From Octopus sinensis (lineage: Eukaryota), in the NCBI RefSeq assembly GCF_006345805.1, contig NW_021827203.1:1-11001 (forward strand): a DNA stretch of 11,001 nt, in the 5' to 3' direction. Below, piece after piece: positions 1-8,553 of this stretch. A program made the position numbers and the translations under genes. Each line of letters begins with the position of its first letter. Within the stretch, counting starts at the first letter, position 1. The notes beneath the pieces were generated by a model. It did no database searches. It was not told the DNA's origin and was given only the letters and a program-made list of their open reading frames with translations.

Positions 1-93
1 TTTATATCTGCAGTGGTAAAAAAAGTCAGTTGGATTGGTGATTTGGAGATGCCCAAGGGGTGGAGTGAAAACACTCTTGAATTGCTCATTCAG

Positions 94-246
94 TATATAT
101 GTATGTATATATGTATATGTATGTATATGTATGTATGTATATGTATGTATGTATATGTATATATATATGTATATAAGCACACACACAAGCGCTCACATAC
201 ACACACACGCACAAACATACATCATACATACATACATATATATATG
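94..246. repeat. Compound microsatellite (TATG)n/(TA)n/(CA)n/(CATA)n
   Basis: Directly visible tandem units; explains ORFs 13..288 and 35..250. Confidence 0.95.
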
Positions 247-327
247 TTGATGTTTGTCTTTGTTATGATAGAAACAGTTTTATACTGAACAAAGGGATTT
301 AGTCGATACATTAGGTAGAGTACAAAT

Positions 328-443
328 TTATTATTCTTTGACAAGAATAGTATTGATAGTGACTTCGAAGTTTTTGCCAGCTCCGCCATCATCAGTCTGG
401 CCGGAACTTCGAATTTACTATAAATGCTATTCTTGTTAATGAA

Positions 444-449
<6 letters not shown>
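328..449 (+). other. 53-position ungapped stem-loop with 16-nt loop
   Basis: 328-380 pairs with 397-449 (i+j=777): 42 Watson-Crick, 7 G-U, 4 mismatches, no bulges; loop 381-396 CTCCGCCATCATCAGT. The outer few pairs overlap the (TAG)n tract. Confidence 0.9.

Positions 450-478
<29 letters not shown>
444..478. repeat. (TAG)n microsatellite
   Basis: About 11 perfect units immediately 5' of the 481-1038 element. Confidence 0.97.
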
Positions 479-480
479 AA

Positions 481-1038
481 TGCCATGATGCAGTACCAGG
501 CAGTGGCTATCATGGCTTATGATCTTAAATGATTGGGAAGTGTTCTCATGTACATTGTTTTGTCTTTGTATAAAAGATGGGCTACAGCAAATATTCTACT
601 CAATGTCACAGATTTGCTTGTCAGTTGTTTAACCATAACCAGTTGAGCATGTCCCTTAGTGGCTGGTGATATATGCATCCCTGATCACGAGTAGAAGTAG
701 TGGGGGGAGCATCATGGCCGTGTGTTGAAAGGAATTCTTGGAGGTTTGAATAATTCACCTCTGGAAACATGGGTGGTTCGTTCAACATCCTTAAACAATC
801 CTTATTCAGGGACCTTTTGAGCGGGATGAGCTACTCAACCTGAAGAAAATTCTAACTGGGCCCCACCTGCAAGATCATGTGCTGTTTATCTTGATATGAG
901 ATCACCATGTCGCGCACATATCGTTGTGAGGCATGTGCCTAGTGTACCCTTATCAGATGGGTAGTCATGATGGGTACACTGGGCTTCGTATATTTTACCC
1001 CAGTGTCACTTTGATGGCATGCACTGCTCTCTCACTCA
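481..1038. mobile_element. Unclassified ~557-bp interspersed element, copy 1
   Basis: Colinear end to end with 1849-2404 (roughly 90% identical by eye). Both start TGCC(A/C)TGATGCAGTACCAGG and end GCACTGCTCTCTCACTCA followed by (AAT)n. No coding or pol III signal recognised. Confidence 0.85.
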
Positions 1039-1060
1039 ATAATAATAATAATAATAAAAC

Positions 1061-1500
1061 ACAGATAGAGAAATTAAGGCCAATAAGCCAGATATAGTTG
1101 TCAAAGATCATCAAGAAAAAATGCTTCCCAATCGATGTATCAATACCAACAGATGACAACGTTTCTCTAAAAGAAATGGGAGAAACTTTCATAATACAAA
1201 GACCTGGAAATAGAGGTAACTTGAATGTGGAGTCTAAAAACAAAAACAATTCCGTTCATAATGCGCGCATTAGGTATAATAAAAAAGCATTCAGACAAAT
1301 TCATAAATAAAACTCCGGGACTAACAAATACATATAACATACAGATAATAACACTGCTAGGCACTGGACACATCCTACGTAAAATATTTTCAATACAGTA
1401 ACAAAAAAAAGCATCACAACAAACCGCAGCACATACCCAAGGCACAGAGAGCTGCGCTCGGTAGTGAAGCGAAAGCACGTGATAAAAATAAGACTAGTGG
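1061..1500 (+). mobile_element. 5'-truncated R4/Dong-clade non-LTR retrotransposon (RLE endonuclease C-terminus + 3'UTR), decayed
   Basis: Manual translation across two frameshifts: TDREIKANKPDIVVKDHQEK/CFPIDVSIPTDDNVSLKEM/EKLS*YKDLEIEVT*MWSLKTKTIPFIMRALGIIKKHSDKFINKTPGLTNTYNIQIITLLGTGHILRKIFSIQ* (stop 1399-1401). PD..D..K..KY restriction-like endonuclease motif followed by MW..P..GALG is typical of R4/Dong ORF ends. Flanked by (AAT)n at 1038-1057 and 1501-1520. Confidence 0.88.
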
Positions 1501-1521
1501 ATAATAATAATAATAATAATA

Positions 1522-1814
1522 CTAGAAATAGAGGTAACCAGAATGTGGAATCTAAAAACAGAAACAATTCCTATCATAGTAGGTGCATTAGGCATGATAA
1601 AAAAATATTCAGACAAATACATAACAAAAACACCAGGACTTACAAACACATATAACATACAGAAAATTGCACTACTAGGCACTGCACACATCCTACGCAG
1701 AACACTTTCCATACAATAACCATCAGAGCATCACCACAAATCACAGCACATACCCAAGGCACACAGAGCTGCGCTCGGTAGTGAAGTGAAGCACGCTATA
1801 AAATAAAACTACTG
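1522..1814 (+). mobile_element. Second, shorter 5'-truncated R4/Dong-clade copy (ORF end + 3'UTR)
   Basis: Uninterrupted frame 1522-1719: LEIEVTRMWNLKTETIPIIVGALGMIKKYSDKYITKTPGLTNTYNIQKIALLGTAHILRRTLSIQ*. 3'UTR homologous to 1402-1500; (AAT)n on both sides (1501-1520, 1815-1847). Confidence 0.88.
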
Positions 1815-1848
1815 ATAATAATAATAATAATAATAATAATATAATAAC

Positions 1849-2403
1849 TGCCCTGATGCAGTACCAGGCAGTGGCTTTCGTGGCTTTTGATCTTAACTGA
1901 TTGGAAGTGTTATCATGTACATTGTTTCATCTTGGTATAAAAGATGGGCTACAGCAAATATTCTGCTCAATACCACAGATTTGTTTGTCAGTTGTTTGAC
2001 CTCAACCAGTTGAGCATGTCCCTTAGTGGCTGACGATATGTGCATCTCTGATCACGAGCAGAAGTAGTGGGGGAGCATCATAGCCATGAGTTGAGAGGGA
2101 TTCTTTGGGGTTTGAATAATTCACCTCTAGAAACATGGGTGGTTTTTTCAACATCCTTAAACAACCCTTACTCAGGGACCTTTTGAGCAGGATCGGTTAC
2201 TCGACCAGAAGAAAATTCTAACTGGGCCCCACCTGCAAGGTCATGTGCTGTTTATCTTGATATGAGATCACCATGGTGTATACATATGGTTGTGGTGCAT
2301 GTGCCTGGTGTACCCTTATCACACGGGTAGTCATGATGGGTATATTGGGCTTCGTATATTTTACACCAGTGTCACTTTGATGGCATGCACTGCTCTCTCA
2401 CTC

Positions 2404-2404
<1 letters not shown>
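1849..2404. mobile_element. Unclassified ~557-bp interspersed element, copy 2
   Basis: Same termini as 481-1038; (AAT)n on both sides. Confidence 0.85.
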
Positions 2405-2435
<31 letters not shown>

Positions 2436-2513
2436 TAATATACATACATACATATATATATATATATATGTATACACATACAGATACATATATTCATATA
2501 TGAACACATACTA
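2404..2513. repeat. (AAT)n followed by TA/CA-rich microsatellite
   Basis: Directly visible. Confidence 0.93.
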
Positions 2514-2816
2514 ATGTATATACATCCACTGATGATGACGGAGGCGCTGTTTGTATCATTTACGGCCACATATTGTGATGAACCACATCTACTAATATTA
2601 TTAGGGATCTTTGAGTCCCCACCACCACCTCCCCCAGAAACAGCTGCTGGACTCATAGCCCCTTCAACCCCTCTTATTTTCCCTGTCCTTTGTAATATGT
2701 GTAAGTCGGACCTATTAATATAAATATTTATAGATTTATACTTAAAAATTCGTCATATTTATATTTAATATATCTAATGTATCTAATTTGTTTATCCGCA
2801 TAACTGCCTCTATGAG

Positions 2817-2836
2817 TATGTATGTATATATATATA

Positions 2837-2878
<42 letters not shown>
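2817..2878. repeat. (TATG)/(TA)n microsatellite
   Basis: Directly visible. Confidence 0.95.
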
Positions 2879-3151
2879 CTTTCTTTAGTCATTGTACGGT
2901 GATCGCCATAAGCTTAGGCTTAAATAAAAGTACCATTGTGTGTGCGTGTGTGTGTTATGAAAGACCGTTCCATGACATAATGTCTGCGCATGGCATTCTT
3001 CTTTATTAGAAAAATGTGTCAGAGTTCTTAGGAACGAAAATGTCCTTCGGAAAATTAAGACGAAATAGGAAACATTCTAAACAATGAAAGGAAGAATATT
3101 CGTGTTCTGACGGAATGGTTGTGTGTGGGGATCAATATAAGTACAGACATT

Positions 3152-3270
3152 GAGAGATAGATAAATAGACTGAGATAGATAGTCACAGATAGATAGATAG
3201 TCACAGATAGATAGATAGTCACAGATAGATAGATAGATAGATAGACAGATAGACAGATAGACAGATAGAC

Positions 3271-3306
<36 letters not shown>

Positions 3307-3339
3307 TGACAGACAGAAGGACAGATAGACCGACAGACA
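3152..3339. repeat. (GATA)n/(GACA)n microsatellite with 3 x 18-bp higher-order unit
   Basis: TCACAGATAGATAGATAG repeated three times at 3183-3236. Confidence 0.95.
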
Positions 3340-3354
3340 ATCATTCTGTAGATG

Positions 3355-3534
3355 TTTCTTATTACTTTATTGCCCACAAGGGGACAAGCAAGAACAGACA
3401 AAGGGGTTAAGTCGATTACATCGACCCCAGTGCGAACTGGTACTTTATTTATCGACCCCGAAAGGATGAAAGACAAAGTCGACCTCGGCAGAATTTGAAC
3501 TCAGAACGTAACGTTTCTGCCAGCTCGCCGCCTT
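3355..3534 (-). mobile_element. tRNA-derived SINE with Meta/MESC-like central domain, internally deleted head
   Basis: Minus strand starts AAGGCGGCGAGCTGGCAGAAACG (A-box-like, 3522-3512), B-box-like GTTCAAATTC (3500-3491), then CCGAGGTCGACTTTGTCTTTCATCCTTTCGGGGTCGATAAA..GTACCAG..TGGGGTCGATGTAATCGAC; homologous to 9449-9678. Domain name is from recall. Confidence 0.85.
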
Positions 3535-3580
3535 CCAACATTCTATAGATGTCTGGAACCACAATGAATACTTGCATATT

Positions 3581-3857
3581 CTGGACCGGGTTATGTGTTG
3601 TTCTTGAGCAAGATACTTTATTTTGCGTCGCTCCAGTTCACTCAGCTGTAAAAATGAGTTGCGATGTCACTGGAGCCGAGGTGTATTGGCCATTGCCTTT
3701 CCCTTGGATAACACTGGTTTACATGGAGAAGGGAGACTGGTATGCATGGATGACTGATGGTCTTCTATAAATCATCCTTGCCCGGACTTGTGCCTGGGGG
3801 AGGGAACTAAATGCAATCCTATGGTCATTCGTGACCGAAGGGGGTCTTCGCCCTTAT
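3581..3857 (+). mobile_element. CORE-like SINE body lacking most of the tRNA head
   Basis: GACCGGG..GTGTTGTTCTTGAGCAAGATACTTTATTTTGCGTCGCTCCAGTTCACTCAGCTGTAAAAATGAGT resembles the CORE domain (..CTTGGGCAAGTCACTT..CAG..TGTAAAATG). The start resembles the post-B-box region of the 10961 SINE. The 3' boundary is approximate and partly from recall. Confidence 0.7.
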
Positions 3858-3947
3858 ACATGTGTGTGTGTGTGTGTGATAACATCGATCAATGAGGCTA
3901 TGTGCTCAACACCGCATTTGGTGGATATTCTTTATCTGTGGGTTTAT

Positions 3948-4118
3948 ATTGCCACCGATGGTTTCATGCGGAAACACATTCAGTTCTCCTCATTAGAATA
4001 CTGGCAATCGTCTCCATTTTGGTAGCCTCATCCAAAATGGAGGCGATTTCCGATATCCTAATGTGGAGCACTTGGAGAATGGTGTATTTCTTTTTCAGAT
4101 GAAACCATTGGTGGAAAT
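3948..4118. other. Long imperfect fold-back (arms 3948-4022 / 4032-4118, 9-nt loop)
   Basis: Inner stem AATCGTCTCCATTTTGG / CCAAAATGGAGGCGATT 16/17 WC + 1 G-U; outer block ATTGCCACCGATGGTTTCAT vs reverse complement of 4099-4118 18/20; indels in between. Confidence 0.85.
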
Positions 4119-4593
4119 CTTAATCTTCAAATCTATCTATCCATCTGTCTCTCTTTAAATATAAATGTGTGTGTGTGTGTGTCCCCGAAAGTCTGACGAG
4201 GTAGACGTATTCTACGCCCACGACAGTTTAAGAGTTGCAGAACTGACCCAGAAAGTTATGAAGCACTTGGAATTCCGTGGTACTTTCTTTAATTTCTTCA
4301 TTCAACTGTTCACACATGCATACATATATATATAAACTGAAAATATGTGTAAACATACATGTGTATATATATCATAAATTGTAAATGAGTTTTCGTGCAA
4401 GCGTTTAATAGACACACATTTAGCCTCATTTGCATAGCAGTGTATTCATTGATGACACGTATTAATTAACTAAAGTACTAAGACAGCCTATGAGGGTGAG
4501 TAAATATAAGTTTTACATGCCTATGTTTAATATCCTTGCATATTTAGTTTCATTGTGTCAATATAACCCGTGGTTAAACCACAACGCTCCCTC

Positions 4594-4599
4594 CTTCTC

Positions 4600-4630
<31 letters not shown>

Positions 4631-4666
4631 CTTTCTCTCCATCCCTCTCTTCGTTTCTCTCCCTCT
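4594..4666. repeat. (CT)n/(CTTT) polypyrimidine microsatellite
   Basis: Directly visible. Confidence 0.95.
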
Positions 4667-4788
4667 CCAGGGTGAACCAAACAACCTTGTCGTTTTTAAT
4701 CACTGGATCTGTTTACACAAGATGTCTAAATGCATGTTTATTTAAACGGACGCATGTAAACCTATTTGTAATTCACAATTTAACCGAA

Positions 4789-4954
4789 CACACACACACA
4801 CACACGCACACACGCACACGTAACATGCACGCACACTCATGCTCTGTCTCTGTACTGAAGCATATAAGTGTGTGTGTCCGCGCGCGCGTTCATGTGTGTG
4901 CTTACATAAATACACATAGATACACATATATGTACGCACTCATACATATATATA

Positions 4955-4987
<33 letters not shown>

Positions 4988-5156
4988 TGTGTATATTATA
5001 TATAATATATATATATGGTATGTATGTATGTATGTATGTATGTATGTATGTGCGTGTGTGTTTACATATATGTATATATGTGATCTTTGTGTATGTCATG
5101 TATATGCTTATATATATAGTCAGACAGACAGACAGAAACACACACACGTATATATA
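4789..5156. repeat. Compound (CA)n/(TA)n/(TATG)n/(GACA)n microsatellite block
   Basis: Directly visible; source of ORFs 4570..5172, 4902..5147 and 4962..5180. Confidence 0.92.
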
Positions 5157-5371
5157 TACGAGAGGGTGCTAAAAAGTTAAGGGTGTCGTGAAAGGCCTGG
5201 TTTGAGACGCAACCTTCTGCGTTCTTTTACAGGGCTTAGAAAAACTGAAGGACCCCTGCAATAAGTGTGTGAATCCGAGAGGGGAATATGTTGAATAAAA
5301 TCATAATTAACTGATTCTCCTGTATTTTATTTTACCCAAAGCCAGGACCTTTTCAGCCCCCAACCCTCGTA
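5157..5371 (+). mobile_element. Mariner-derived MITE (Hsmar2/irritans-like TIRs) retaining the transposase C-terminus
   Basis: Left TACGAGAGGGTGCTAAAAAGTT vs reverse complement of right TACGAGGGTTGGGGGCTGAAAAGGT; TA at both ends (included in coordinates). 5227-5298 translates LQGLEKLKDPCNKCVNPRGEYVE*, resembling mariner C-termini (G..KL..R..KC....G.YVE). Confidence 0.85.
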
Positions 5372-6144
5372 AATGATGCAGCGAGAATGAGTTGGTTGTT
5401 GGCAAATGAACTCGGAAGTAAATCTGCATATCTTTAACTAATAGAGTACTTCCAAAGAAAATTTTCCAGATCCTTCAGCTGCTCAGTATAACGGACCATA
5501 CAAAGTTAAACAATTATTTACTAATTCCGGGTACTCTGAAAATCAACATATGTATCAGTAGTATAATTGATACACGTTATGCAGCGTATCATCTAGTAAA
5601 CAAAATAAGAATGGTTCGCTCAAAGAACCTCTACATTTCAATAATGTGATTCTTTATTACCAAAGCAAACTACATTATGTAACATTAATCTGCATTGTTG
5701 CGTAACCAGTCCATTTCATCAGGTGATATTCAGCCGTCATTCAGCTTTTCGTATACAGATGAAGATTTTACTCTATAACCGCTTCTCTTCTATAATTCAA
5801 ATTTTATTGTACTGGTGCAGAGCCATAGCGAACGAGTGTATAGTTTATACTTTGCCTCTACATACTTAAGACTGGCAAATACGATTACATTTCCGAAGTG
5901 AAACGAGTACGTAATATTGACAAGCAACAAAAAGGAGAAATACATATCTGGCGCTTTCGCAGTCGCTTGCAGCTGATTTCGTTTCGCTCAGCTCTGATGC
6001 AAATTGTATATTTCTAACAGAATACGTCTGTAAATGGATTTCCAACGACAGACATACGTTAAGTACACTAAATACATAAAAAGTTGTGTCTACAGCTGCT
6101 TCTCTGACATAATTCGTATAATAATAGAGAGGGGGGGCAGAGAT

Positions 6145-6310
6145 TTATACATATATATATTTCCACACATATATTTATACATACATATATACACACACAC
6201 ATACGAGTTATATATGTGTGTGTGTGTACGTATGTATTAAATATATGCATATATGCATACATATATAAATACATATATATCCATACGCGTTGATATATAT
6301 ATATGTGCGA

Positions 6311-6358
<48 letters not shown>

Positions 6359-6490
6359 CATACATACATATAATACACTTACGCACACATTTATATATGC
6401 ATACTTTTAATAATGCTTCTCCTTCTCCTTCTCTCTCTCTCATCTATATATATATATATCCATATCCATATATATATGTATGCATGTACA
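6145..6490. repeat. Compound (TA)n/(CA)n/(TG)n/(CT)n microsatellite block
   Basis: Directly visible. Confidence 0.92.
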
Positions 6491-6593
6491 TATGTAACGT
6501 GAATAATAGTTTCTCTATTAATAGTGAAACTATTATCTCACATTACAATAAAGATGTTATTGTGTCACTTTTAACACGTAATACCGAAACAGT

Positions 6594-6775
6594 GTAAGAG
6601 ATTGCTCCGGGCTCGCATTAGGCAAGAAGTTGAAAAGTATTTTGGCCCATGGCACCCCATAGACGTTAAGTAGTGCATGTGTAAAATTTGAATGAAATCG
6701 GTTAGGTAGTTCTCGAGTTTTTGTGATGCACACATACACACAGACAGACACACATTCTCAGTTTTATACATATAT
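6594..6775 (+). mobile_element. Probable non-autonomous Helitron/Helentron-type element (DINE-1/Lep1-like)
   Basis: AAAATTTGAATGAAATCGGTTAGGTAGTTCTCGAGTTT, then (CA)/(GACA) microsatellite, then ATTCTCAGTTTTATACATATA resembles the 3' architecture of microsatellite-bearing non-autonomous rolling-circle elements. Recognition is from memory; the 5' boundary is uncertain. Confidence 0.55.
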
Positions 6776-6918
6776 AATATATATATATACTCACATATAT
6801 TATATATTATATATATATAATATATATATATACACCACACACATATATATATACACACACACACACATATATATATATACACCACCACACACACACACAC
6901 ACTATATATATATATATA
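6770..6918. repeat. (TA)n/(CA)n microsatellite block
   Basis: Directly visible. Confidence 0.93.
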
Positions 6919-6987
6919 TCACTGCATTACTTTCGTCTGTCTAACTTCCTACTACGATCTTCGTTTTTAACTGATAACATTATACTT

Positions 6988-7212
6988 TTCATCATCACCA
7001 TCGTCGTTGTTGTCGCTGTCGTCGTCATCGTCATCGTCGCCACCTTCCTCCTCACCATCATCACCGTCATCATCATAATTATCATCATTATCATCACGGT
7101 CATCATCATCACGATCATCATCTTCACCATCATCATCACCGTTCTCACCATCATCCTCACCATCATCATCACCATTATCCTCACCATCATCGTCATCATC
7201 ATCATCATCATG
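6988..7212. repeat. Degenerate (CAT/CAC/CGT)n trinucleotide block
   Basis: Directly visible; Asp-rich frame on the minus strand. Confidence 0.93.
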
Positions 7213-7324
7213 AACAACAGCAATAATTCTGAGCACGTGCAGCTACTTAAAGGCTTTGCTAATCAGAAATAACCTGTAACACACCCGACTTTATAATCCA
7301 TCTTTATATATCAAGCAGTTGCAC

Positions 7325-8005
7325 CACCATCGATGTCGATGCTGTGGTCGACATCATCATCACCATCATCATCATTCTCACCATCATCATCACCATCACC
7401 ATCATCATCCTCATCATCATCACCATCATCACCACCATCATCATCATCATCCTCATCACCATCACCATCACCATCATCACCACCATCACCATCATCACCA
7501 CCATCACCATCATCACCATCATCATCATCCTCATCATCATCACCATCATCATCCTCATCATCATCACCATCATCATCATCCTCACCATCCTCATCACCAT
7601 CATCACCATCATCACCATCATCATCATCATCACCATCATCATCATCACCATCATCACCATCCTCACCATCCTCATCATCATCACCATCACCATCATCACC
7701 ATCATCATCATCATCATCCCCATCATCATCATTGTCATCATCATCATCACCATCATCATCACCATCATCATCATCATCATCCCCATCATCATCATTGTCA
7801 TCATCGTCATCGTCATCATCACCACCAACATAGCTTCCATTGCCATCATGATAATCATTCATCGTCATTATGGCAGTCTTCGCTGTCGTCATCAGCGTCA
7901 TCATCGTCGTCGTCGTCCTCCCCATCGTCATAATCGTCATCCCCATCGTCATAATCGTCATAATCATCATTGCAGTCGCCATGTTGGTCGTTATCGCCAT
8001 CTTCA
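7325..8005. repeat. Long degenerate (CAT/CAC/CCT)n trinucleotide block with internal higher-order duplication
   Basis: Open in most frames (poly-H, -S, -I, -M, -D). The unit encoding DNDDDGDDDDDDGDD is duplicated around 7690-7810. Confidence 0.95.
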
Positions 8006-8387
8006 CAATCCTCTTCATTCTCAGTAGCTGCAGCCAAGAGTCACCTCCTTTTATCATTATTCAACGCCGACTCGTCTAACAAATGTACACTGTGCGTGTA
8101 TGCGTGAAGATACTTGTGTGTCTGTGTGTGGGTGTGTGGGTGCGCGAGTGTGTATATGTGTGTGAGTGTGTGTAATCTAAGCTGGATTAGCCATCGATCC
8201 CATTACGGCTGTCACTTTCACCTTTTCTCCGTTCATCAGGTTTCGACAAGAATTCATTTACATTCCGTGAATTTTAACAATTTAGGAAACCAGGAGTAAT
8301 ATATTCCGAATAATTCTTGAATGGTACTCAGGGCATCCACGTTAACGCTTCTGGACAATGTATTTATACATACACATATACATATAT

Positions 8388-8454
8388 ACCTGCTTGTTGT
8401 TTATACACGTGTCTTCGTCTTTTGTTTTTCTGTAAATTTCAAAATCAATGTATA
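8388..8454 (+). mobile_element. Inverted partial copy of the Penelope-like terminal repeat
   Basis: CCTGCTTGTTGTTTATACACGTGTCTTCGTCTTTTGTTTTTCTGTAAATTTCA..CAATGTATA is the near reverse complement of 8554-8613. Confidence 0.8.
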
Positions 8455-8483
8455 CATATAGTTAGATAAACAAAAGTAATGCA

Positions 8484-8488
<5 letters not shown>

Positions 8489-8531
<43 letters not shown>
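8489..8531. repeat. (TA)n microsatellite
   Basis: About 21 perfect units between the inverted arms. Confidence 0.97.
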
Positions 8532-8534
<3 letters not shown>

Positions 8535-8553
8535 TTGTGTGTGTATATATATA

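Noticed and set aside
482-530. Possible HDV-like ribozyme at the 5' end of element X (GCCATGA pairs with TCATGGC, 7 bp starting with G)
   Set aside because: P3 does not close, the putative L3 (GCAGTGG) lacks the pyrimidines for P1.1, no GG follows P1', and copy 2 has a mismatch in the stem.
1098-1655. ORFs 1098..1310 and 1464..1655 as genes
   Set aside because: They are off-frame or partial reads of the decayed Dong RLE domain; only CFPIDVSIPTDDNVSLKEM is in the true frame.
481-2439. CRISPR-like or prokaryotic repeat-spacer array
   Set aside because: The alternating pattern is (AAT)n of variable length separated by 290-560 bp transposon pieces in a eukaryotic context; no cas genes.
4183-4230. 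CTGACGA followed by hairpin GTAGA-CGTAT-TCTAC (hammerhead-like)
   Set aside because: GCCC follows instead of GAAA; the upstream GAAA is only 2 nt from the core, leaving no stems I/III.
4183-4310. Short protein-like frames (+ KSDEVDVFYAHDSLRVAELTQKVMKHLEFRG; minus LNEEIKESTTEFQVLHNFL)
   Set aside because: No recognisable family, weak splice acceptors and under 45 codons; cannot be supported without RNA-seq.
4594-4745. Strong-looking acceptor (CT)n-CTCCAG/G followed by GEPNNLVVFNHWICLHK
   Set aside because: The pyrimidine tract is a microsatellite; no good donor and no recognisable peptide.
7304-8079. Poly-His, poly-Ser/Pro, poly-Ile and poly-Met ORFs
   Set aside because: Alternative frames of the same (CAT)n repeat.
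8214-8300. Acceptor-like CTTTCACCTTTTCTCCGTTCATCAG/G with short frame VSTRIHLHSVNFNNLGNQE, and an apparent minus-strand GAAACCTGATGA
   Set aside because: The peptide is unrecognisable, and GAAA directly abuts CTGATGA, which is incompatible with a hammerhead fold.
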